Virus record (IMG/VR): IMGVR_UViG_3300018080_000165
Span: 1 to 64,000 of that record
Direction: 5' to 3' (one strand)
From: a virus
DNA length: 64,000 nt
Under the pieces are notes generated by a model. That model made no database searches and had not been told where the DNA came from. It worked only from the letters and a program-made list of their open reading frames with translations. A program made the position numbers and the translations under genes. Below are positions 18,322-25,725 of this stretch, in pieces. The stretch's first letter is position 1, and every line of letters begins with the position of its first letter.

Positions 18322-18669
18322 TCAACCTTTCTCACGTAGCACACACCCACCAGTGCTCTCTTGATTTCGTGTTCGGCGGACTTCTTCGCTTCGAGAGCAT
18401 CCTCTTCCCGACGATGTACTCCGTACTCGGGATGGATTCTCGACTCTTCTTCCGTTGTCATCGTACCCTAGAGAACGCGCGGCTTGATGGACGTACTCAG
18501 CAAACTTCGCGTCCACCGCCGAAAACTCGACGCCCTGTTCTCTCATTGCATCGACCGATTCCAAGGTCTTTTCCCCGATCTTGGCGATGTCCAGGATGTG
18601 CATGTCGTCTTCACGACCCAAGACGACAGCAACTTCGTACAAAAACGCTTTGACACGACCCATGGTCAT
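18322..18669 (-). CDS. Hypothetical protein, first gene after the long leader RNA
   Basis: GAGGGAG RBS before ATG. Confidence 0.55.
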   Translation of the reverse strand: MTMGRVKAFLYEVAVVLGREDDMHILDIAKIGEKTLESVDAMREQGVEFSAVDAKFAEYVHQAARSLGYDDNGRRVENPSRVRSTSSGRGCSRSEEVRRTRNQESTGGCVLREKG

Positions 18670-18699
18670 CTCCCTCTCTTTCTTCGGTTCACTTCTCAA

Positions 18700-19358
18700 A
18701 GGCCACTAGCAGTGCTCCCGGCGTTTTCGCGATCCGCCGCTTTTTGCGTCGCGCCTAACCCGCGCTTTCAAGCCAACGTGCCGACCTGTTCCGCGCTCGT
18801 GACGCCGCATTTTGTTTTCGGCTTGAATCGACATACCAGAAGCATTAGCTAGGGGTCTTTTCCCCTATCCACGGCGAGACTGCGACTTTGCACGTGCATT
18901 CCCCGCGACCTGGCCTATCGGCACGGCCCGCTATGGTTTTGGATTGCCTTACGGGACGAGGTTTGCACGCGACAGCTTTTGCCAAGACTTAGAACCTAAC
19001 CATTCCGGTTTTCTGGATTAGGACGGGAGCGAAGATGGCCCGCTTGTCACCACCTAGCCCGATCCGCCGTTCGTCCGAAGGTCTGCTTGGCCGCTTGTCC
19101 GTCTCTGTGTGTTCGCAACCGGGTGCTTTCCCGGTCCACTCGCGGTTTGCGGCCCGCCCCTAGCAATCGTCTCCCGACGATTCCGTGGGCGCGAACCCCG
19201 CTCTTAATCCTGCGATTCATTCCCGCGACCTTGGCTTGCTCCGTTGGATTCGGCTTCAGGCCGTACCCTAGCTCGGGTTCCCCGCGCGTCACATAGAACG
19301 CGATAACCGGGTTTCGCCGTCGCTCGTAAATCGCTCAATTGTCAAAGAACATTATACT
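18700..19358 (-). ncRNA. Candidate large structured non-coding RNA or antitermination leader (~650 nt)
   Basis: No credible ORF; GC-rich; several perfect hairpins, a long-range pairing and an internal direct repeat; preceded by a promoter and boxA. Confidence 0.6.
19339..19351 (-). promoter_or_regulatory. boxA-like antitermination element TGTTCTTTGACAA
   Basis: Two mismatches to rrn boxA TGCTCTTTAACAA; lies just downstream of the predicted TSS. Confidence 0.6.
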
Positions 19359-19365
19359 ATGTGGC

Positions 19366-19393
19366 ATTATAGCGAAATGCCAGCATAGTGCAA
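19366..19393 (-). promoter_or_regulatory. Strong sigma70-type promoter TTGCAC-N16-TATAAT
   Basis: Consensus -10 with an AT-rich upstream tract; palindrome TTTCACGTGAAA at 19409-19420. Confidence 0.7.
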
Positions 19394-19554
19394 GCACAGA
19401 AAAAACTTTTTCACGTGAAATTTCACTAATTCCTGCACATGGTGCACAAGTGCAGGATAGGGCCACATCTGCTTATAGGTTATCACATGACGGTAGACGG
19501 GGTTTACCAGATTACCTCTATGCGAGCAAAGAAAGGGTATAAGTGACCTTGAAC

Positions 19555-20370
19555 CTATGCCATGCCGAGAAACTTGTGAACCTGTGGGACAAACCTGACG
19601 GCCAAACACCTTTTCACATCGTCGCTGAACGGAAAGGCAAAAGCACATTGATTTGTTTCACGTTGGTTTGAAAACACCTTGTCTTTTTCGGAAAAGATTC
19701 CACTCTCCAATATCACCTTTATCGCATCTGGATGGCCGTCAGCGGGTTGGATGAAAACTTCTCTCACAAAGACTTCTTCTTTCAGGATTTCCTCGACTTC
19801 CCTCATGTCCTGTTCCGTGCCGACAACGAACTTGAAATAGCAATTCGTCATATAACGGACCAATGTAGGAAGCGCACTGCGCCTACCGGAGCTAGAGAGT
19901 TTCGGAGAAATGATCCATGCGTCAATGCAAACGAAATGTTTCGGATCGCACTTGTCCAGAAGTTCCCCGTTCGTTTCGATTGAAGTCCCGAACGCCGGTT
20001 CGATCTCTTTGCAGATTTGAACAATCTGTGGAAGGAAGATAGTAGGCTCACCGCCAGTGAAAACAACATGGCGCTTGTGAAGAGGAAAAGACTTCAAAAC
20101 AGAAATAACATACTCGACAGATAACGAAAGGTGTTTTGTTTCCGCCTGACTCGGTTTGATATTTTCCGGTTTGTAGCCGCTATCGCACCAACTACATGTT
20201 CGATTGCATCCAAGAGTCCTCAGAAAAACAGAAGGAAGGCCAACTGTTGGACCTTCCCCGGAAATCGTCTCATAAATTTCATGTACACCAATTTCTTTAG
20301 GAGTTCCTTGCCTCCGCATAAGATGTATTCGTTTCCCAAACGCGAAGGGAGTCCAGTCTTGCGGATTCAT
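19555..20370 (-). CDS. queE: 7-carboxy-7-deazaguanine synthase (radical SAM)
   Basis: EIYETISGEG, FLRTLGCNRTCSWCDS, VVFTGGEP, IETNG, ISPK, PQVHK. Confidence 0.92.
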   Translation of the reverse strand: MNPQDWTPFAFGKRIHLMRRQGTPKEIGVHEIYETISGEGPTVGLPSVFLRTLGCNRTCSWCDSGYKPENIKPSQAETKHLSLSVEYVISVLKSFPLHKRHVVFTGGEPTIFLPQIVQICKEIEPAFGTSIETNGELLDKCDPKHFVCIDAWIISPKLSSSGRRSALPTLVRYMTNCYFKFVVGTEQDMREVEEILKEEVFVREVFIQPADGHPDAIKVILESGIFSEKDKVFSNQRETNQCAFAFPFSDDVKRCLAVRFVPQVHKFLGMA

Positions 20371-20713
20371 GCTCGAAACACTCCTTCATCTCCGCGAACC
20401 AATGAAGCGCCAACACTTCAACCGTAGGGTCTTGATGGATTATGAACACGTGTTCCCTGAAGCCGCCCTCAATGAGAACGCCCGCGAGAGGATCGTCTAT
20501 TTTGAGAACGACTTTATGATCCCATCTCTCCACGACGTGTTTCAACTTTTTGAGTTCCGCGAAGTCCACCACAAATCCGTTGTCGCCTATGTTGCCGTAG
20601 GCCGTCAACTCCACGCGGTAGTTGTGCCCGTGCAAGAAACGACACTTCCCTTCGTGCCGCATCAACCTATGGGCGATAGAGAACTCGCCCAAAAATTTCG
20701 TTACCTTGACCAT
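20297..20713 (-). CDS. queD: 6-carboxy-5,6,7,8-tetrahydropterin synthase
   Basis: AHRL...GKCRFLHGHNY, VVDFAELK, WDH, PTVE, RVWET. Confidence 0.92.
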   Translation of the reverse strand: MVKVTKFLGEFSIAHRLMRHEGKCRFLHGHNYRVELTAYGNIGDNGFVVDFAELKKLKHVVERWDHKVVLKIDDPLAGVLIEGGFREHVFIIHQDPTVEVLALHWFAEMKECFEHESARLDSLRVWETNTSYAEARNS

Positions 20714-20717
20714 TAGT

Positions 20718-20915
20718 TTACCTCATTCCTAGGCTACCTCTTCCTTTGTCCTTGCACGCATTCCGACCGAGTTTTTGTTCGATCCACACTTGCGCCATGG
20801 GCCGATCTTCTTTCTTCAACGTCTTGAAATCCTCAAAGCACTCATTACACACGGCATGTCCCGCGATTGTCCTATGAGGATTCCCTTCGTTTTCCCGGCA
20901 GGCGCAACATCTCAT
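20718..20915 (-). CDS. Small Zn-finger protein
   Basis: CCAC...VCNEC. Confidence 0.5.
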   Translation of the reverse strand: MRCCACRENEGNPHRTIAGHAVCNECFEDFKTLKKEDRPMAQVWIEQKLGRNACKDKGRGSLGMR

Positions 20916-20918
20916 ACC

Positions 20919-21224
20919 CTACTCTCCTTTGTCTTCTTCGGATTTTTCACCTTCATCTTCCTTGGGCGCTTCTTCAGGGGATACGACAGTCTTCGGAGGA
21001 GCGTCAAAGACGTACTCGACAGTCTTGTTCTTTACGGCTTCGGTGAAATTCCGAAACATGTTCACGCAATCGACACGGTTCTCGTAGCCTTGCCCGCCTT
21101 GCGAGCCGGTGCCGAAGAGATAATTCCCGTTGGCACTGTACACGCTTACCTCGTGTTTGGCTTTCTTTCCCTTTCCCTGCCTGCTGAACACGACTTGATG
21201 AGTCATCTTTCCTGAAATCGCCAT
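20919..21224 (-). CDS. YegP/DUF1508-like protein (an in-frame upstream TM segment from ~21329 is possible)
   Basis: SANGNYL...SQGGQGYENRVDC pattern; AAGGAG RBS at ATG 21224. Confidence 0.5.
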   Translation of the reverse strand: MAISGKMTHQVVFSRQGKGKKAKHEVSVYSANGNYLFGTGSQGGQGYENRVDCVNMFRNFTEAVKNKTVEYVFDAPPKTVVSPEEAPKEDEGEKSEEDKGE

Positions 21225-21386
21225 TGATTCGCTCCTTTCTTTCTCTTCAATCTTACTTCTCCAAAAAGCAAAAAACGACAATGCTCCCACAAGAGCTATG
21301 ATCGTGAGCGCATACATTAGGTCTACCATGTGATCTCTCATGGTTTTACTCGCTCGTGATTCGAAGTTCTCCAAAACAGCGCGTCG

Positions 21387-21676
21387 TGGCTCCCCCGCCT
21401 GGATTCGAACCAGGAATCGCGGATTACGCAGAAAGACGGAGCCTCCCAACAGTAACGGCACGATGACAAACAGCACAGAGCAACACGCACTTCTCAGCTT
21501 CTTTCCGCAGTCGTTCATATGATTCATTACACCCAGCAATTACAAATAGCTTTCGTATGCCTTTTCGATGATGAAAGTCAAAGCCTTCTCGCCCATCTCG
21601 CGTCGGCGTTTTGTCTTCGTCCCTTTCTGCATTTTCAATCTCCTTCGCCGTCGTGATACCATTTCACCACAGGGAA
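21387..21676 (-). tRNA. Split/interrupted tRNA (Asn-like): 5' half 21676-21647, 3' half 21426-21387
   Basis: Acceptor TTCCCTG/CGGGGGA + G + CCA; D-arm GTGA-AATGGTA-TCAC; perfect T-arm CCTGG-TTCGAAT-CCAGG; anticodon loop replaced by a ~220-nt insert. Confidence 0.7.
21424..21632 (-). pseudogene. Decayed HNH endonuclease inserted in the tRNA anticodon loop
   Basis: AAGGAG RBS + MQKGTKTKRRREMGEKA, then in another frame DFHHRKG...EAEKCVLLCAVCHR...SA*. Confidence 0.65.
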
Positions 21677-22243
21677 TCATTTTATGTGCTCCAGGATTTC
21701 ATCCTTGACTTGCAAACCCGCTTGCCCGAGCACGACGCAGACTTTGGTCGCCGCATGGATGTCACCAGTTCCCGTGCATACACACGCATGGTGGGCCTTG
21801 GAGAGAACGCAAACGGCTTCAGGTTTGAGCCTTTCTTCAAGCTCTGCGGCGATTCTATGCGTGAACTCTTCTTGAAGAGTTCCGACCTTCGAGAAGAATT
21901 CAACCAACTGTGGAAGTTTCGAGAATCCGACGATGTGTTTTCCTGGTAAATAACCGATTCCGACTGTCCCATAGAACGGCACGAAGTGATGTTGGCAGAT
22001 CGATACGAAACAGATGTCTCGCATGACAACGATGTCGTTCCCTCTTGATTTGAACAACTTGAAGTCGAAAGGTAATCGGTGAGGATAGCGATCATTGATC
22101 TTGTCCTTGTTCGCTGTCATCTGTTCAAGCATCTTGACGACACGCCGGGGAGTCTCCAGCGTTTCGTTCTTCAGCTTTATGCCTAGATGGTGGCACATCC
22201 GGGCATAGGCTTTTTCAGCCGATTTACGCTTTCTGGCGTTCAC
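21677..22243 (-). CDS. folE: GTP cyclohydrolase I
   Basis: ETPRRV, SICQHHFVPF, GFSKLPQLV, LQEEFT, HHAC. Confidence 0.92.
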   Translation of the reverse strand: MNARKRKSAEKAYARMCHHLGIKLKNETLETPRRVVKMLEQMTANKDKINDRYPHRLPFDFKLFKSRGNDIVVMRDICFVSICQHHFVPFYGTVGIGYLPGKHIVGFSKLPQLVEFFSKVGTLQEEFTHRIAAELEERLKPEAVCVLSKAHHACVCTGTGDIHAATKVCVVLGQAGLQVKDEILEHIK

Positions 22244-22925
22244 AGAACTCCTCCCAACCCTTCTTTCGGAGTAAGCAAGCTGGACATTTTCCGCATCCGT
22301 GTCCCCAACTGTGTTTGCCTAACCCTGTGTTATAGCAAGTCGCTGTTTCAGTCAAGATGGTTTCCAGAACGCCCAACTCATCCGCTGCTTCAAAGATGCG
22401 CGCCTTCGTCATGTTTATTAACGGCGTGAACAGGCGCACAGTGTTCTTAGGCAATCCCAAGGCGAAGTTGATAGCGTCTTCACACGCAGCAACAAACTCA
22501 TAACGGCAATCAGGATAGCCGCTGGAATCCGCTTGGCACACGCCGCTGTAGATGTGCTCTATCCCCCGGCTGACGGCCACTCCGGCAGCGATAGAGAAGA
22601 ACACCATGTTCCGGCCAGGAACAAACGACGTGGGCAATCCCTTGAACCTCTTGCTTTCCTCGATCTTCTCAAAACTGTACCCTGTCAGAGCGGAATCGAG
22701 GAGTGCTCCGTAGTTCTTCAAATCAACGGTGTCGTGCTTGCGGACTTCGAAGATTTTCCCTATCCGCTTTGCTTGGAGCAGTTCCATCTCATGCCGCTGG
22801 CCGTAACAAAAAGACAGAGCATCCACGAACGGATACTTGAAGTTCCGTTTCATCAGCGCAAGACAGGTTGCCGAATCCTGTCCGCCGGAAAGAAGAATCA
22901 GTGCGCCTTTTTGTCCTGATTCCAT
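22224..22925 (-). CDS. queC: 7-cyano-7-deazaguanine synthase
   Basis: LLSGGQDSATC, YGQRH, TSFVPGRN, SGYPDCR, TCY...GCGKCPACLLR. Confidence 0.93.
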   Translation of the reverse strand: MESGQKGALILLSGGQDSATCLALMKRNFKYPFVDALSFCYGQRHEMELLQAKRIGKIFEVRKHDTVDLKNYGALLDSALTGYSFEKIEESKRFKGLPTSFVPGRNMVFFSIAAGVAVSRGIEHIYSGVCQADSSGYPDCRYEFVAACEDAINFALGLPKNTVRLFTPLINMTKARIFEAADELGVLETILTETATCYNTGLGKHSWGHGCGKCPACLLRKKGWEEFCERQKA

Positions 22926-23596
22926 TTCTTGTACACCTTCTGTGCAGAGGTTATCGCGGAAGCCCGAACCAAACATGCGAGGCACACTTCGCAACCTTTT
23001 GGATCGTAGTTGCAGGAATTCGTTTTTTCAAGATCGATGCCGAGACTAAGCGCGAGCAAAGCAACTTGATGCTTCTGGAATCCGCATTCAAGAAACGGCG
23101 CTCGTATCTCGGTGATTTCGTCTTTCGTGAAGCCGCCGACTTCCTGAAGTTCCCGATACGTGTCAAGGAAAGCGGAAGTGCGATCCGAATGCGGTTCCTC
23201 CTCTTCGTGATGGAAACCCACGAACAGGTCCATCTCTTCTATGCTGGCCAAACAAGCGCCCTGTGTGATGAGGAAAGTGTTCCTTCCGTTGATGTAGTCC
23301 TTGGCAATGGAACTGCGTCCAGGTTCTATCTTCTCGCCAAAGCGGAAAATCGGCCCGCCTTTGACTTCATCTTTCATCGGTATGTCAGCCCTGTGCCTCA
23401 CCAAGAATCCTCTCCCGAGAACTCCTTGATGATACTCGACGTACTCTATGGACTTTTCTGTTGTCACTTGCCCGAAGTCAACGACCAAGTTGATGATCCG
23501 TTCTTCAGGGTTCACTCCGTACACAAAGGGGTTCTTTGCGATGGCATAGAACAGCGCGGTAGAATCTAGTCCTCCAGAAGCCAGGATCACGGGCAT
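22898..23596 (-). CDS. Divergent QueC paralogue (PP-loop ATPase)
   Basis: ASGGLDS, DFGQ, YINGRN, SCNY...GCEVCLACLVR; YPDCR replaced by HSDRT. Confidence 0.8.
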   Translation of the reverse strand: MPVILASGGLDSTALFYAIAKNPFVYGVNPEERIINLVVDFGQVTTEKSIEYVEYHQGVLGRGFLVRHRADIPMKDEVKGGPIFRFGEKIEPGRSSIAKDYINGRNTFLITQGACLASIEEMDLFVGFHHEEEEPHSDRTSAFLDTYRELQEVGGFTKDEITEIRAPFLECGFQKHQVALLALSLGIDLEKTNSCNYDPKGCEVCLACLVRASAITSAQKVYKKWNQDKKAH

Positions 23597-24000
23597 TTTC
23601 TTTCTCCTTCCGCTGTGCAACGTATCCTCACACCGCCGCGAGAGTTGAACGTGGTACTCACACTCACAGTCAAAGGATCGATGGCTTTCAAGAAGTCATC
23701 TCGAATCCTTGCTGTGATGCTTTCCTGAAACGCCTTGAAGTTCCTGTAGCTCCCCAAGTACAGCTTCAGCGACTTCGATTCACAGATGCTTTCGAAAGGC
23801 GTGTACTGTATGTCGATTGCCCCGAAGTCCGGTTGTCCCGTCACCGGACAGAGAGACGTGAACTCTTCGAAAGAAATGCAGATACTCGGCGTTGGATGCT
23901 TCACTTGGAAAGGAACGCCTACGAGCAAGGATGGCGAATATTCTTCTGGAAACGGAACCACTTTGCCGAGCGGGATGTCTTCCATGGCCGTACCGTCCAC
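23587..24000 (-). CDS. queF: NADPH-dependent preQ0 reductase (type I QueF)
   Basis: EFTSLCPVTGQPDFG, ESKSLKLYL QueF motif, FQE, RGG. Confidence 0.92.
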   Translation of the reverse strand: MDGTAMEDIPLGKVVPFPEEYSPSLLVGVPFQVKHPTPSICISFEEFTSLCPVTGQPDFGAIDIQYTPFESICESKSLKLYLGSYRNFKAFQESITARIRDDFLKAIDPLTVSVSTTFNSRGGVRIRCTAEGERKCP

Positions 24001-24010
24001 TGCGGAGAGT

Positions 24011-24066
24011 AAAAGAAAAAGGCGAGTATTTCTAGCGTCCGCAAACGCTAACGGTTGACTCGCCTT
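24011..24066 (-). terminator. Terminator after the small basic gene
   Basis: aaggcgagt...actcgcctt stem with inner tagcgt/acgcta, followed by a T-rich tract on the minus strand. Confidence 0.65.
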
Positions 24067-24083
24067 CCCCCTACAACGAATGC

Positions 24084-24239
24084 TTACGGTCGCGGGGGAC
24101 GCCTTCGCTTGCCAGCCTGCACGCCCAGGCGCTGTCTGCCACGGCCTGCCGCTGCACCCCCACGGCGACGGCCTGCACGAACGCCTCGACGCCCTTTGCG
24201 GCCTGCCGCTGCTGTTCCCCCCTTTCCTCCCCCTGGCAT
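24084..24239 (-). CDS. 51-aa Gly/Arg-rich protamine/histone-tail-like microprotein
   Basis: MPGGGKGGTAAAGRKGRRGVRAGRRRGG...; GAGGAGG RBS; own promoter and terminator. Confidence 0.7.
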   Translation of the reverse strand: MPGGGKGGTAAAGRKGRRGVRAGRRRGGAAAGRGRQRLGVQAGKRRRPPRP

Positions 24240-24290
24240 GATCGCCTCCTCTCTTCCTTGTACCGGCCTGAGTGCCAGTACGACGATCAC

Positions 24291-24319
24291 AGCCTAGTAG
24301 AATCCCGGCTTCCCGTCAA
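24291..24319 (-). promoter_or_regulatory. Promoter TTGACG-N17-TAGGCT
   Basis: sigma70-like hexamers with 17-nt spacing upstream of the microprotein gene. Confidence 0.55.
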
Positions 24320-24780
24320 GCGGACGGCTTATCCGAACTTGCTTCTTGAGGGGTTATTTTATGCACAGGACGCCAGTTTGCAACCCTGAAATTCTTGTGA
24401 TTCTCAGGAACCACACTCACAAGGCGCAAAACTGAGCAATCTTTGATGATTTTTTCCTTCGTTTCCCGGTTCTCGACTACGACGCTCGTCCAGTAGGGGA
24501 TACAGGCGACACGCAGCCTGGAACGCTTGGTGACGAAATCCCTGTTGATGGCCCTGCATGTGATGATCGCGCACTTGTACGCTTGGTGGCCCGCGTTCGC
24601 CCCGAGAAAGACGAACTCGATAGGGCGCACTCCCCGTGCCCACAGGTTGTAGGCGTCCATCCCTATCTTGAAAACTTGGGTCGCTCCGCTGATCCTCACA
24701 GACCCCCGGTGGTAGCTGTACTCAGCCTTCTTCACCGAGCCGGTCTTCTCTTCTTTGATGTTCCCGTTTGCTTCCGGCAT
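24316..24780 (-). CDS. SpoVS (Alba-fold)-like protein
   Basis: VRISGAT...IEFVFLGANAGHQAYKCAII...VACIPYWTSVVVE aligns by eye with SpoVS LKVS...IQAIGAGALNQAVKAVAI...LICIPAFTDIQID. Confidence 0.6.
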   Translation of the reverse strand: MPEANGNIKEEKTGSVKKAEYSYHRGSVRISGATQVFKIGMDAYNLWARGVRPIEFVFLGANAGHQAYKCAIITCRAINRDFVTKRSRLRVACIPYWTSVVVENRETKEKIIKDCSVLRLVSVVPENHKNFRVANWRPVHKITPQEASSDKPSA

Positions 24781-25136
24781 TGTTCCATCCTCGCTTTCGG
24801 CAGTAGGGCAGCAATGGTTTTGATGTCTCCCGGATCGATCAACACAAGGAACTGAGGGCATCCCTTCTGTCTGTGTTGTCGCCGTTGGGCCAAGGCCACG
24901 ATGAGAGGCTTACCCTCTTCCTGTGCCTTGGGAAGCTGCTCCTTCCACAGCTCCACAGCCGCGTGCTTGTCGCGGTACTTCGTTTCGATGTAGAAGTGAG
25001 GGCTACGGGAGTCTGATTGGGTGTCGTGGCCCGAGTTGCTACCAGACAGAGGAACGCGCTTGGTTCCGAAGAACGCCGCTACATCGGCTTCGACCTTCTT
25101 CCAGTGCTTCGATCTCTGCTTCGCTGTGCGGGCCAT
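24732..25136 (-). CDS. Holliday junction resolvase-like PD-(D/E)xK nuclease
   Basis: WKKVEADVA...RVPLSG...SD...YIETKYR. Confidence 0.75.
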   Translation of the reverse strand: MARTAKQRSKHWKKVEADVAAFFGTKRVPLSGSNSGHDTQSDSRSPHFYIETKYRDKHAAVELWKEQLPKAQEEGKPLIVALAQRRQHRQKGCPQFLVLIDPGDIKTIAALLPKARMEQCRKQTGTSKKRRPAR

Positions 25137-25157
25137 GACTCTCTCCTGATCTGCCGA

Positions 25158-25185
25158 AGTCTACGAGGTTTTCACCGCCTGTCAA
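25158..25185 (-). promoter_or_regulatory. Promoter TTGACA-N16-TAGACT
   Basis: Consensus -35 upstream of the resolvase RBS. Confidence 0.55.
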
Positions 25186-25233
25186 CCATTTCCTCTTCGA
25201 CTTCTCGTTGATGACTCGGCTTTCTCCGGCAAC

Positions 25234-25725
25234 TCAAGCTCGACTAGAGCGTTCATACTCGACACTCCTTCTGCTTTGATCGCGGCTCAACGCCTTGGAT
25301 TTCCGGTCGTAGTTGTCCACTCGCGTTTCAAGGGCGATTTTCATCGCCTCAAGTTCCTCGCACCTACGGACCAACTTTTGAATCTTCGGATCAAGGTCCA
25401 TCTCCGCATCCTGTTCGTACTTCTTTTTCCCTCCGCTTGCGAATCGAATCCTCGCCCTTGCCGTGCGCAAACTTCTTTGCGCACCGATCAACTGGATTCT
25501 CGTTTTGGCGAGATGATCGTTGGCATAGGCATACCACGCCACCATAGCCGTGTAAGCTCGTTGCAGCCTCTTGGGCGGCAGGCGTGTAGGGTCAATCGGC
25601 ATTTGCGCCGTGCTGTCCTTCGGCTTGTCCGTATCGACGATACCTACAGCGCGAATGCGGCGCTCCGTTTCTTCGAGGATGGTCCTTTTCTTTTTGCTTT
25701 TCGTCCCTTTGCGTTTTTTAACCAT
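25234..25725 (-). CDS. UvsY-like recombination mediator (helical)
   Basis: Helical protein, AWYAY...DPKIQKL...ALSR; next to the exonuclease in a RecA module. Confidence 0.5.
   Translation of the reverse strand: MVKKRKGTKSKKKRTILEETERRIRAVGIVDTDKPKDSTAQMPIDPTRLPPKRLQRAYTAMVAWYAYANDHLAKTRIQLIGAQRSLRTARARIRFASGGKKKYEQDAEMDLDPKIQKLVRRCEELEAMKIALETRVDNYDRKSKALSRDQSRRSVEYERSSRA

Noticed and set aside
19047-19292. 81-aa ORF within the structured region
   Set aside because: GTG start without RBS and an Arg/Gly composition expected from GC-rich non-coding RNA; not excluded experimentally
21225-21539. N-terminal extension of ORF 20919-21539
   Set aside because: Runs through the tRNA 3' half and the HNH remnant; a better RBS precedes ATG 21224
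21387-21676. tmRNA interpretation of the split tRNA
   Set aside because: Has a full D-stem, lacks the Ala identity elements (G3-U70, discriminator A), and the insert encodes HNH motifs
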